Assembly (NCBI GenBank): GCA_963703225.1
Contig: OY969801.1
Location: 704,001-768,000, forward strand
DNA from: Candidatus Eiseniibacteriota bacterium
Lineage (GTDB): Bacteria; Eisenbacteria; RBG-16-71-46; SZUA-252
DNA length: 64,000 nt
Direction: 5' to 3'
The translations under genes were made by a program, and so were the position numbers. The notes under the pieces are model-generated. The model did no database searches. It was not told the DNA's origin and was given only the letters and a program-made list of their open reading frames with translations. Positions 1 to 10,019 of the stretch are shown here, piece after piece; position 1 is the stretch's first letter; each line of letters opens with the position of its first letter.

Positions 1-70
1 GACAGGCAGCACCGGCGGATTCGGACACGACCAATGCTGGGGGCAGAGCCTCCAGCGGGGAGGATTCAGA

Positions 71-913
71 ATGCCTGAAAGGTGGAAAGTGTCATTAACG
101 CTCATCGCGATGGTGGGGATGATCGCGATGGCCTTCCCGGCCGCCTACGCTGGCGTCCCGGATCTCGTTCAGTCGTTTTACGTGCCGCAGGCGGGATCGA
201 CGACGGCCCCGTTGGAGGGGACATCGACCCCCAACCCGTCGTTCCGGTTCTTCCGTGCGTGTCCGAACAATGACGGTGGGGCGAGCCTGCCGAACAACGC
301 TCGGATCAAGGTAGTGGTGCGGGACGTGAATGGGACGGGAATCCAGGGGATCGCCGCGGCGGACATTTGCTTGTTGTTCAATGGTGGGACGCCGGCGCAG
401 TTGTTTACGGGCGTAGGAGCGGACTCGGTGATAGCGAACGCTCGGTACAACCAGACGCCGCTGTGTCCGGACCTTCGTTGCGTGCAGGCGGATGACCAGA
501 CGGACGTGAACGGGACGACGTTCATCACGTTCACGGGATCGACGGCTGGGAGCCCTGGGATAGGGACGCGCAATCCGTTGCGCAAGTGGGGGCACTACGA
601 CACGGAGATTCCGGTATACGTGTTGGGCTTCAAGATTTCGGGTCGTTTGACGACCGCGGCTCCGATCGTACCGTACACGCTGCGGATCAAGAATTTCGAT
701 CATACGGGTGGTTTGACGACGGCGTTGGACCAGGGTGAGACGGTCGCGACGGCGGACTACAACGCGATCGTGATCAATCTTGGCGTGGACAACGCGATTT
801 CGTACTGGCGTGATTTTGACTCAACGGGCGGTGTGGGAGCGGTTGGCGTCACGGACTACAACGCGGTGACGCTGCACGTGGGCCACGACTGCGATTCCCC
901 GAATAACCCGTAG
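71..913 (+). CDS. Secreted hypothetical protein with Ig-like segment and C-terminal dockerin/EF-hand-like motifs
   Basis: GGAGG SD before ATG 71; N-terminal hydrophobic signal; C-terminal paired motifs NFDHTGG..VATADYN and DFDSTGGVGAVGVTDYN. Confidence 0.7.
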   Translation: MPERWKVSLTLIAMVGMIAMAFPAAYAGVPDLVQSFYVPQAGSTTAPLEGTSTPNPSFRFFRACPNNDGGASLPNNARIKVVVRDVNGTGIQGIAAADICLLFNGGTPAQLFTGVGADSVIANARYNQTPLCPDLRCVQADDQTDVNGTTFITFTGSTAGSPGIGTRNPLRKWGHYDTEIPVYVLGFKISGRLTTAAPIVPYTLRIKNFDHTGGLTTALDQGETVATADYNAIVINLGVDNAISYWRDFDSTGGVGAVGVTDYNAVTLHVGHDCDSPNNP

Positions 914-1007
914 CATTCGTTTCGAGCACGGAGAGACGGGGCATCCCCATCCGTCCTCCGGAACAAGAGTGCGGCTCAGGTCCTCCCCCTTGCGAGCCGA
1001 CGATTGT

Positions 1008-1039
1008 GGGCGGCAGCCCTTTCGGGTTGCCGCCCTTTT
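1008..1039 (+). terminator. Rho-independent terminator
   Basis: GGGCGGCAGCCC-TTTC-GGGTTGCCGCCC 12-bp stem followed by TTTT. Confidence 0.8.
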
Positions 1040-1071
1040 GTATTAGGATTAGCCGCCATGAGGGAGCAACG

Positions 1072-1719
1072 ATGAAGCGGAGCCTATTATTGCTTGCCGT
1101 TCTAGCGGGACTCCTGGCCGCGGTCCCCGGCTACGGCCAGTATGTGTTCCTCGACGTGAACGGAGACCGGCAGAACAGCCATGCGAGCGGTGGCCTGCCA
1201 CCCGACGTGCTCGACCCCTCCGTGACCAGCGTCGACGTCTATTTGGTGACCGACAAGAATCGGGATGGCAGCGACGCGGTCTGCACCAATTCGACCGATC
1301 CCTTCTCGATTCTCTCCTACGAATTCACCCTCCATGCGTCGGGCCCGGGGACCGTGACGTACGGCTCTTGGACCGACAACCTAGGCTTTGGGGTCGGGTT
1401 GGTGTCCTGCGGCGACCGGGTGGTCTGCGCGGTTTCGGACGATGCGTGGATCGCCAAGGGGACGAGGTCGCCGCTCTCACCGGGTACCTATCGGGTGGGG
1501 AGCCTCGCGATCGAGGTGACGGGCCATCCCGTTCTCGATGTGGTAACCGGCAGCCCCGTGATTCACTCGGCGGAGACTTCGTTCGGCTCCACCTGCTTGG
1601 GGAGCAATTTCAACAACACGATCACCCTCGGACCCGACTTCACCGACACGGACGGTACGGAACAGTCCAACCCCGTCCTGACAACGGTGTGGGACAAGAT
1701 CAAGACGCTCTATCACTAG
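1072..1719 (+). CDS. Secreted hypothetical protein with C-terminal TTVWDKIKTLYH tail
   Basis: GGGAG SD, ATG 1072; signal peptide MKRSLLLLAVLAGLLAAVPGYG; internal start within track ORF 1006..1719. Confidence 0.7.
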   Translation: MKRSLLLLAVLAGLLAAVPGYGQYVFLDVNGDRQNSHASGGLPPDVLDPSVTSVDVYLVTDKNRDGSDAVCTNSTDPFSILSYEFTLHASGPGTVTYGSWTDNLGFGVGLVSCGDRVVCAVSDDAWIAKGTRSPLSPGTYRVGSLAIEVTGHPVLDVVTGSPVIHSAETSFGSTCLGSNFNNTITLGPDFTDTDGTEQSNPVLTTVWDKIKTLYH

Positions 1720-2624
1720 CGGATGACGTAGGCGAGCGCGAAGCCGACCTGGGCGGCAAACATCATCGCGTACATGTGGGTCCAGGACGGGTGGTTCTCG
1801 GTGCGGGCCAAGTCGTCCGGGCGCCGGACCATCAGGTAGACCACGTAGGCCCCCCAGAGCGAAAGCAGCGCGGATAGCGGATAGAGGACGACCGGGCTCC
1901 CGGTCAGGTATCCGCTTCTGAGTCCGTAGGGGATCAGCAGGAAGGGCAGCACGAGAAACGGAGCGATGATCCAGGCGGCGCGCCTCGCCCCGTGCACCAC
2001 CGGCAACGTCCGGAACCCGGCCGCCTCGTCTCCCCTCATGTCCGCGAAGTCCTTGGTCGTCGTGGCCCCGAGCAAAAAGAGCCCAAAAATCGCGCCGATG
2101 TACCAAGGCTCGAGGCGCCCGAAATCCCGGACACAGGCCCACCCCGCCACCTTGAGGAGCACGCCCCGCGGGATCGCGATCACGAGGTTCGCGAGGTAGG
2201 GGACCGCCTTGAGGCGAAAGGGGGGCGCGGAGTAGAGAACCGTCAGGACCGCCGCCGTGCCGGCCAGGAGGGTGCACTGAGGGCCCACCGGGGCCGCCAG
2301 AGCGAACGCGGCCACGTAGAGCCACCCTGCCAGCCCGATCGCCTCCGAGGGCGCGACACGGCCCGCCGGGATCGGCCGGCTCGGCTTGTTGATCCGGTCG
2401 GCCTCGAGATCGGTGACCTGGTTCAGGGTATTGGAGGCCGCGTTCAGGACCGCCGCCATGAGCGTGCCCAGTGCGATTTTGACCACCACCCACGGCGTCA
2501 GGGGCACCGGGGGAGCCGCGCCCAGCGCGATCACGCTCCCCGTGAACATGCCGAGGGCGGGGGCGATCAGCGTGAAGGGGCGGGCCAGCTCCCAGGCGGT
2601 TCGCGCTCGGTCAGCGAAGGCCAA
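1716..2624 (-). CDS. UbiA-family prenyltransferase
   Basis: Asp-rich motifs NQVTDLEADRINKPSRPIPAG and KDFADMRGD, many TM helices; TTG start at 2624 inferred (overlaps end of upstream gene). Confidence 0.85.
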   Translation of the reverse strand: MAFADRARTAWELARPFTLIAPALGMFTGSVIALGAAPPVPLTPWVVVKIALGTLMAAVLNAASNTLNQVTDLEADRINKPSRPIPAGRVAPSEAIGLAGWLYVAAFALAAPVGPQCTLLAGTAAVLTVLYSAPPFRLKAVPYLANLVIAIPRGVLLKVAGWACVRDFGRLEPWYIGAIFGLFLLGATTTKDFADMRGDEAAGFRTLPVVHGARRAAWIIAPFLVLPFLLIPYGLRSGYLTGSPVVLYPLSALLSLWGAYVVYLMVRRPDDLARTENHPSWTHMYAMMFAAQVGFALAYVIR

Positions 2625-4650
2625 GGTCTTTGCCGTCCATCCCGGCCGGCGGCTCGATTCCAAGCCGGCGGAGCACCGTCGGCGCCACGTCCATGATCCG
2701 GGCGTCGACGCTCTCGATGGGTCGGCTCGAGAAGAAGACGCCGGGCACTTCGGACGGGTCCACGGAGCAGTGATCGGCGCTCCAGCGACGCTCGTTCGGC
2801 TCGATGACCTGGGGCGGGATTCCCCCGAGCGAGGTCTGCCACGAAACGCGGTACCCGCGCTCGAAGCCGACCACCATGTCAGGCGCCTCGTTGAAATAGG
2901 GCCCGTTGTAGATCTCGTCCCGCTTGTAGACGTGCCGGACCACCGCCTCGCCGGTGTCGGGGTCGCGGAGCGCGCCAAAGCGGCGAACGATCTCGCTCCG
3001 GAGCGAGTCGTATTCCGCCCCTGGCGCCACGTGCCGAAGCGTTCCCGTCCCTTGAGGTTCACGTAGATCTGTCCGAGGGCCAGGGCGTAGGCGCGCGTCT
3101 TGGTCCAATCGACGTTCGGCCAAAAGGTGCCGCGGCCGAACAGGTCCTCCAGATTCCGGTCCCGGACGGGGTCCACCCGCGAAAGGGTCATGTAGCCGTT
3201 CCGCACGAGCCAGGTGTTGATGTTCACGGCCTTGCGAAAACTCGAAAATCCATGGTCGGAGACGACAAGGAGGACGCCCCGCCCATCCTTGCAGCTCTCT
3301 AGAAGTGTCCCGACGAGGCTGTCGGCGCGCATGTAGACGCGGTCGATCGCGTCCCCGTACTGCGCGGCCAGCCTGGCGGCTGTACATCGGGTGCTTGGGA
3401 TCGATGAGCCGCCAGAACATGTGCTGCACCTTGTCGGTCGACTGGAACACGCTCACGAAGAGATCGGGATTCATCTGATGGAGCGCGTCGAGGACGAGCG
3501 CGCGCTGACGGTCGAAGGTGAAATTGAGGTCCTCGAGGAAGATCCGCTCGTCGATCGCTTCCTCATTGAGCGCCCACGTGTCCTCGGGCCACCCGAGCGT
3601 CTTGTAGAGGCCATTCCGCCGCGCCAGCTCGGCGCTGTAAGCGGGAGGGCCGGAGATCGGGACCGGCGGGCGCCTCGGATCGAAGTTGATGGGGGAGAGA
3701 TAGACCCGCATCTCCGGATACGCCTCGACGACGTGAAAGCGGGCGATGCCGCGAAGCGTGACCAGCGGGGCGACGGTGAACTGAATCGGGTACCAGTCGC
3801 TCCACTCTCCTTGGCGCACGGTGCGGATCCGCCCCTGCACCGCGATCCGCACCGCGGGCCGCGCGCCTTTGCCCGAGCCGGCATCTCCAGCCGGCGGCGC
3901 GCTCCGGATTCTCTGGAATTCGACCGGGAGCGTGATGTCGGGGATGCGCCCTTCGGCGTCGCGCTTGGCGAGCGGATTTCGGGGGCCATGGATCACCGAG
4001 ACCGCGCGGCCCGTCTTGTCGAGGCGGATCCGGGCCACCTTTCCCCCCATCTCGGTGTCCCCGACGCCGGTGGCGTTGGTCGCCCAGAAGGAGAAAGTGC
4101 CCATGGTGCCGCGGATGTCGGGAACCCCCAGGCCCGAGAGGAGTACGCCATTCTGTAGCTTCTCGGGCGGGAAGTTGATGGGGGCTTCCAGAACCGCGGT
4201 CCGCACCCCGTGCGTGGAGGCGATTTGCCAGAAGGTGGTCCCTTTGCGGTTGTTCGTGATCGTCGGCGCCTTGGTCGGCAGGAACCCGAACGCGAATTTG
4301 CCGCGTTGGATGGTGACGGTCGAGAAGTCGGGATAGTAGGTGTAGGGATTTCGCCGCAGGAAATCGAAGATTCGGGTCTTGCCGGGGTTCATCCCGGTGG
4401 AGAACGCCGACCAGGCGACCGGAGATTGGGCCGGGTTCGTGGTGGCGAGACGGCGCATCGCGCCGTGCTCCTTCATCCAGGCGAGATGGGGGAGCTTTCC
4501 CTCCGCGATGAGCCGATCGGCCATCTCGGGGTCCATGCCGTCGAACCCAAGGATGTAGACCCGCGCCGCGGGCTCGGCGCGGATGGGCGTGTCTGAAATC
4601 GCGACGGCGGCCAGCAGGGCGAGGAGCGCGACCGGCCCGACAATCCGCAT
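2611..4650 (-). CDS. Alkaline phosphatase superfamily (type I phosphodiesterase/nucleotide pyrophosphatase-like) protein; two compensating frameshifts near 3375 and 3035
   Basis: Signal peptide; LGFDGMD, SPVAWSAFSTG, DKVQH motifs; VSDHGF motif lies in the other frame (track ORF 1716..3332); C-terminal WSADH and DVAPT. Confidence 0.8.
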   Translation of the reverse strand: MRIVGPVALLALLAAVAISDTPIRAEPAARVYILGFDGMDPEMADRLIAEGKLPHLAWMKEHGAMRRLATTNPAQSPVAWSAFSTGMNPGKTRIFDFLRRNPYTYYPDFSTVTIQRGKFAFGFLPTKAPTITNNRKGTTFWQIASTHGVRTAVLEAPINFPPEKLQNGVLLSGLGVPDIRGTMGTFSFWATNATGVGDTEMGGKVARIRLDKTGRAVSVIHGPRNPLAKRDAEGRIPDITLPVEFQRIRSAPPAGDAGSGKGARPAVRIAVQGRIRTVRQGEWSDWYPIQFTVAPLVTLRGIARFHVVEAYPEMRVYLSPINFDPRRPPVPISGPPAYSAELARRNGLYKTLGWPEDTWALNEEAIDERIFLEDLNFTFDRQRALVLDALHQMNPDLFVSVFQSTDKVQHMFWRLIDPKHPMYSRQAGRAVRGRDRPRLHARRQPRRDTSRELQGWAGRPPCRLRPWIFEFSQGREHQHLARAERLHDPFAGGPRPGPESGGPVRPRHLLAERRLDQDARLRPGPRTDLREPQGTGTLRHVAPGAEYDSLRSEIVRRFGALRDPDTGEAVVRHVYKRDEIYNGPYFNEAPDMVVGFERGYRVSWQTSLGGIPPQVIEPNERRWSADHCSVDPSEVPGVFFSSRPIESVDARIMDVAPTVLRRLGIEPPAGMDGKDLGLR

Positions 4651-4702
4651 CGGTCTACTCCTCACGGTTGAATTCGAGCGATGGCGCACACCGGCGCCGA
4701 AA

Positions 4703-4732
4703 ATCGTAGCATCGCGCTTCCCGCAGTGTCAA
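4703..4732 (-). promoter_or_regulatory. Sigma70-type promoter for AlkP-UbiA pair
   Basis: TTGACA-N18-TACGAT on minus strand, with extended -10 TG. Confidence 0.55.
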
Positions 4733-4779
4733 ACCCAGGGGGTGACATGCGATCGCGATTCCGCTCTCGGCGGCGCGCC

Positions 4780-4809
4780 TTGACGCTCCTGGAGCGGCGT
4801 TCCTATAAT
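4780..4809 (+). promoter_or_regulatory. Sigma70-type promoter for C25-murQ operon
   Basis: TTGACG-N18-TATAAT. Confidence 0.65.
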
Positions 4810-4857
4810 CACGCGTCTCCGATCCTCTCGATCTCTCAGACCCGAGGGAATACTCCC

Positions 4858-7800
4858 ATCCTTCCACGATCCGTCCCCCGGAAGTCAGGCTGTGTCCGAA
4901 TCGCCGCGATCGCGTGGCTTGTGCTCGCCGTCAGCCCGTGTGCCGCGGCGCCGGCCCCGTCCGGCGCCGGCACGCCCGCGTCGCGCATGGGGGTCGCCCG
5001 CGCCGCCGCCCAGGACGTTCGCGGGACCACGCTCGAGTACGTCCCGGGGGAGATCCGGTTCGACACGCTGAGCGTGAACGGCGCGGCTTATTCGCGCGTG
5101 ACGGTGCGTGGAGCGGTCGTGGTGGAGAGCCCTGGCCGTCCGGCACTTCCCACCGCGACGCTCCACGTCGCGGTACCGGATGGCATGAGCCCGCGGGTCA
5201 AGATCGCCTCCGAGGAGTGGAACGAGCGCGCCGGGCCCGCGCCGCCCGTTCCGGTCACCAAGCAGCGCTTTGTCTCGGACGACCCCAAGACCGGCCCGGT
5301 GAGCGAGTTCACCATCGTGCCCGATCCATCCGTCTACGCCCGCGCCGCGGTCTATCCCGCGCAAGCGGTCGAATTGGGGCGGGGCGCGGCCGTCGGCGAG
5401 ATGTGGGTCGTGCCCATCTACGTCCACCCGATCCGCTGGGATCCCGCGGCCCGCGCCTATCGCCTCCTCGCGCGCATGACGATCCGGGTCGACTTCGTGC
5501 CGGCGAGCGACGCCGAGCGGGCGGGACGGCCCGCGGTCCGTCCGGGGGCGGACTCCGGGCCGTGGCAACGCGTCCAGGAGGGGATGGTCCAGAACTTCCA
5601 GTCGGCGCGCTCGTTCCCGGCGCGATCCAAATCGCTCCCGCGTCCGGCGGCGCGCGCGCGACTCTTCGCCAACCCCGAATACAAGCTCTCGGTCACGACG
5701 ACGGGGTGGATCTCGGTCAGCTTTGCCGCGCTAAGCGCGGCCGGCTTCCCGCCCGACATCCCGATCAACCAGATCATCGTCTCCGAAAAGGGCTACGACG
5801 ACGTGGGGGACAGCGCGACGGTGACGCCGATCCCAGTCGTCCCGCGGGACAACAATTTCAATTCGACGTTTGACGTGCCCGACGTGATCACGTTCTACGC
5901 GCAGAGCCTCAGGGATCGGGTCGGCGCGGGGTCGCTGGAGAACCGATACGCCGACGCGAATATCTACTGGCTCTCGTGGGCCAACGCGCCGGTCGCTCCC
6001 ATCGACTCCATCTCGGGCACGATCGTCGATCCCTCGCCCGCCACGCCGACGTCATTCCACGACACGATCCACCTCGAGAAGGACCTGCTGATGTTGGCGT
6101 CCCCCAATCCGACCGTCGCGTCGCCGCCGGAGGCGGTGGACCACTTCTTCTGGACGGACGGCAACCAGGACGCCCCGGACACATTCGACCAGCCGATCCC
6201 GTTCGTCGACCCCGACGTGTCGCAGCCCTTCCAGATCCGGGCGTACTACCAGGGCCAGAACAACTGGGTCCACCGCCTGAACATCACCTATCAATCCTCC
6301 ACCGCCATCACCGATGTGCTCGCCGCGAATCAGATCTTCTTCAACCAGGACGTGTTCGGGCTGGATACGGGCCTCACGATCCCGGGGTCGCACATCGGCG
6401 CCGGCACGAATCGATACCGACATGTCGGCGATGCCCAGTCCCTGTCGGGCGGACCGTTCGGGAACGGCAGCCGGGCCTGGCTCGACTGGGTGGAGGTCAC
6501 CTACTCGCGCCTCTACAAGCCGGTGAATGAAGCGCTTCAGTTCACGAGCGGCGGCTCGGGCGGGATTGCGGAGCTTCGGATCGGCCACTTCCACTACTCG
6601 AACATCGAGGTCTACGACGTGACCAACCCCACCGCTCCGGTGCGCGTCGTGGACCTGGCGATCAATCCGGTCGGGCCGCCGCCGGCGTTCGAGGTGGTGT
6701 TCCGGACCGACGCCACGGCGGGGGAGCGCCGCTTCGTGGCGGTGACGCCCGAACCATGGAGCCCGCCCTGTCCGCTTCTGCCGTCACGGCCGAGGTACCT
6801 TCCACGCTGACCGTCCCGGGAGTCTACTCTTCGACAAGCGTCGCGCGCTCGATCATCATCGCGCCGAAGTCGTTTCTCACCCCGGTGAACCGTCTGGCCG
6901 ACTTCCGGAGGTTGCAGGGGTACGTGGTCGAGGTCGCGGACATCCAGGACGTCTACGACGAGTTCAATGGCGGCGTCAAATCGGCCCGAGCCATCCGCCG
7001 CTACATCCGTCACGCCTATCTGGCGTGGACCCCCAAGCCCACGTTCGTCGTGCTGGCGGGGGATGCGAGCATGGACTACAAAGGCCACCTCGTGACCAGC
7101 AGCGTCGACTGGATCCCGACCTATCTGCAATTCGAGACTATCCCGGGTCCGCAGGGCGTGGAGCTGGTCGCGAACGACTCCCACTATTCGATCAATCTCT
7201 CCGCCGTCGTTCCCGGAGATATCGATTTTGTGTCGAGCGTCTTCTTGGCCAGGATCCCTGCTGGGAGCGCCGCAGAGCTCGACGTGGTCGTAAGCAAGGT
7301 TATTCAGTACGAGAACTTCCAGCCTACCGACACCTGGCGAGGGCGTCAGCTTCTCGTGTCGGACGATGAGTATTCCTCTGGCTTGTTTTCCACCGGCGGC
7401 TATTGCGAGTCGACCCAGCGAGGCGCTTTTTCAGGCAGGCCAACCAGGACATGGCCAACACGGCCAGCGCGAGCCAGTCGGGCCAGGATCTTCGATCCGA
7501 CTTCTTCGACCTGAAGACCTACACCGATCCTCTGCGCGACTTTTCCAGACCGGTTCGGAAATCCCTGTCGAAACTTGACGAACGTCAAGTCCGCTCTCGC
7601 GGGTCCCGGCAACGCCTACGATGTCTTGGCAAATCAATTTAGCCAAGGTGCCTTGATCGTCAACGTTGAGTCTCACGCGAACCGTTACCTGATCGCGCAT
7701 GAAGAGATTTACTGCATCGGGTCGACGCCCTTTTGCTCGTCGGAGCTGGACCCGAGTCGGATTCTGAACATCGGAACGGCCCTGCCCTTCTCATGATCTG

Positions 7801-9096
7801 GGGATGCCACGCGAATCAATTTCCCGATGGGCCGTTATACCGTGCTGTCAGCTACAGACAGCACGGACGCGATCGGTGAGGAGTGGCTGCTGATCGCCAA
7901 TCGCGGGTCGATCGGCTCGCTGGGGAGCAGCGCGTTTGAGTTCTGAACACGAACACGATCTACAACCTCGTCCGTGGCCGAGGCCTTCTTCATCGACCCC
8001 ACCGCACCGTCCCGCCGCCCGGGCAGCCGCGCCGGGCTCGGTGGATCTGGGGAGGTACTTGGGTAGGCCGCGATACGAGAACGGGATGAGCCTCGATTTC
8101 AGGTTCAGTCGGTCATGAACCGCACGTGTGAATCTCCTCGGCGACCCCATGCTCCGGATGGATGCCTTGCCGCCTCGCGTCTTCGAGGTCAAGCTCGGCG
8201 GGGTAGTCTACGCGGACGGCGCCGCGTTCACCAGCGACTCGCCCACCGACAGCGTCACGCTCGTGGCCAAGGTGCGGGACGAGGCCAGCGTGGCGCAGAC
8301 CACCCTCGCCGAGCGGGACGTGGCGAGTGGGATCATCTCGCCGATCGACCCCACCCTTTATACGATTGCGGTTTCCGACACCGGGCGCCTCATGACGTTG
8401 ACCACCCGTGCGCGGCCGAGGGTGGGGAACTACGACCTCCAAATCCGGGCCATCGATGGGAACGGCCGGCTCCAGGTCTTCGCTCTGCACGTGAGGACGC
8501 CGGTCCTATATAAGGCGAACAGCGTCCCCATCTTGAACGGGGTCTTCGTGGAGAACGACGCGATCCTACGCGCGGAAGTGACCACGCCGATTCCGGTGAC
8601 CGCCGATTCGCTCCAGCTTTTCCTCGACGGCATCCCGATCACCGTGACCAAGACGCACGATGCCGCGGGGCGCCAGTGGGTCCTCGAAGGACTCCGCGAA
8701 GGGCGCGGGCCAGGCTCTCACACGCTCCAGATCGCAGTCGGCGGCCGCACGGCAGGGCTCGATCAGGTTGCCTACCAGGTCAGCACCCAATTCGCCATGC
8801 GCGGCGTGGCGGTGGTGAGCCCCCAGATTCAGGGAACCGGGTGTGGCGGCTCCATATTCCAATACGAGCTGAGCGCGCCCGCCAGCAAGGTGGAGCTGCT
8901 CCTGCTCACCGTGGCGGGTAGAAGGGTTTCCTCGGTCCAGATGGTCGGGAGCGCGGGCCTCAACGTCTACTGCTGGGACGGCCGCGACTCGGAGGGACAC
9001 GACACCGCGGCCGGCGTCTACCTCTACCGGATCAAGGCGACCGACGCCACGGGCCGCACCGCTAGCCACGACGGCAGGATGATTCGTCCGCGGTGA
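4858..9096 (+). CDS. Peptidase C25 (gingipain-like) with propeptide and C-terminal FlgD/T9SS-type domain; broken by several frameshifts
   Basis: Propeptide GRPALP motif; IIIAP..QDVYDEFNGG, VVLAGDAS, ARIPA, SHA and WGCH pieces across ORFs 4681..6810, 6756..7514, 7403..7642, 7575..7796; CTD WDGRD..AAGVYLYRI in 8128..9096; start approximate. Confidence 0.75.
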
Positions 9097-10019
9097 GAGA
9101 CCGGCGGAGCGGGAAGGCGATTTTTCGGGAGCTGGCCGGGCTCGTCACCGAGGAGCGGAATCCGCGCTCCCGCCGCCTCGACCAGCTCTCGACGCCGCGC
9201 GTCCTTCGGCTCATGAACCGCGAGGACCAGCGCGTTCCGCGCGCCGTGGCCCGCGAGATTCCCCGAATCGCGAAGGCGGTCGATCTGATCGTGAAGCGTC
9301 TCCTCCGCGGGGGCCGCCTCTTCTACGTCGGCGCCGGCACGAGCGGGCGGCTCGGCGTCCTCGACGCCGCCGAGTGCCCGCCAACCTTCGGCACCCCGAG
9401 GACCCTGGTCCAGGGGATCATCGCCGGCGGGCGGCGGGCGCTCGTCCGCTCGGTCGAGGGCGCCGAGGACGACGCGAAGGCCGCGGCCGCGGCGCTCAGG
9501 AAGCGCCGCGTCGGGGCGAAGGACGTCGTGGTCGGGATCATGGCGAGCCGACGCACCCCCTACGCGCTCGGTGGAATCGCCTACGGGCGGAAGGTGGGTG
9601 CCGGGACGATCGTTGTCACCGCGAACCCCGCCGGCGGGACGAAGATCAGCTGCGATGTGATCATCGCGCCCCGCGTCGGCCCCGAGGTGCTCACCGGGTC
9701 GACCCGGCTCAAGGCAGGCACCGCGCAGAAGCTGGTCTTGAACATGCTCTCGACCGCGACCATGATCCGGCTGGGCAAGGTCTACGAGAACCTGATGGTC
9801 GATCTGAGGACCGCGAGCCGAAAGTTGGAGGAGCGGACCAAGCGGGTCTTGATGCACGCGGCGAACGTGCGGTATGGGGACACCTCTCAGTGGCTGAAGC
9901 GCGCGGGTGGGTCGCTCAAGGTGGCGATCGTGATGCGCCGGGCGGGCGTCACCCGTGTCGAGGCGAAGCGAAGGCTGAAGGGGGCCCAGGGATGGGTTCG
10001 AAAGGCGATACAAGGGTAG
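9093..10019 (+). CDS. murQ: N-acetylmuramic acid 6-phosphate etherase
   Basis: TEERNP, GAGTSGRLGVLDAAECPPTFG, EGAED, GPEVLTGSTRLKAGTAQKLVLNMLST. Confidence 0.95.
   Translation: MRDRRSGKAIFRELAGLVTEERNPRSRRLDQLSTPRVLRLMNREDQRVPRAVAREIPRIAKAVDLIVKRLLRGGRLFYVGAGTSGRLGVLDAAECPPTFGTPRTLVQGIIAGGRRALVRSVEGAEDDAKAAAAALRKRRVGAKDVVVGIMASRRTPYALGGIAYGRKVGAGTIVVTANPAGGTKISCDVIIAPRVGPEVLTGSTRLKAGTAQKLVLNMLSTATMIRLGKVYENLMVDLRTASRKLEERTKRVLMHAANVRYGDTSQWLKRAGGSLKVAIVMRRAGVTRVEAKRRLKGAQGWVRKAIQG

Noticed and set aside
1716..3332. Apparent phosphatase-UbiA fusion ORF
   Set aside because: The N-terminal part belongs to the AlkP gene between two compensating frameshifts.
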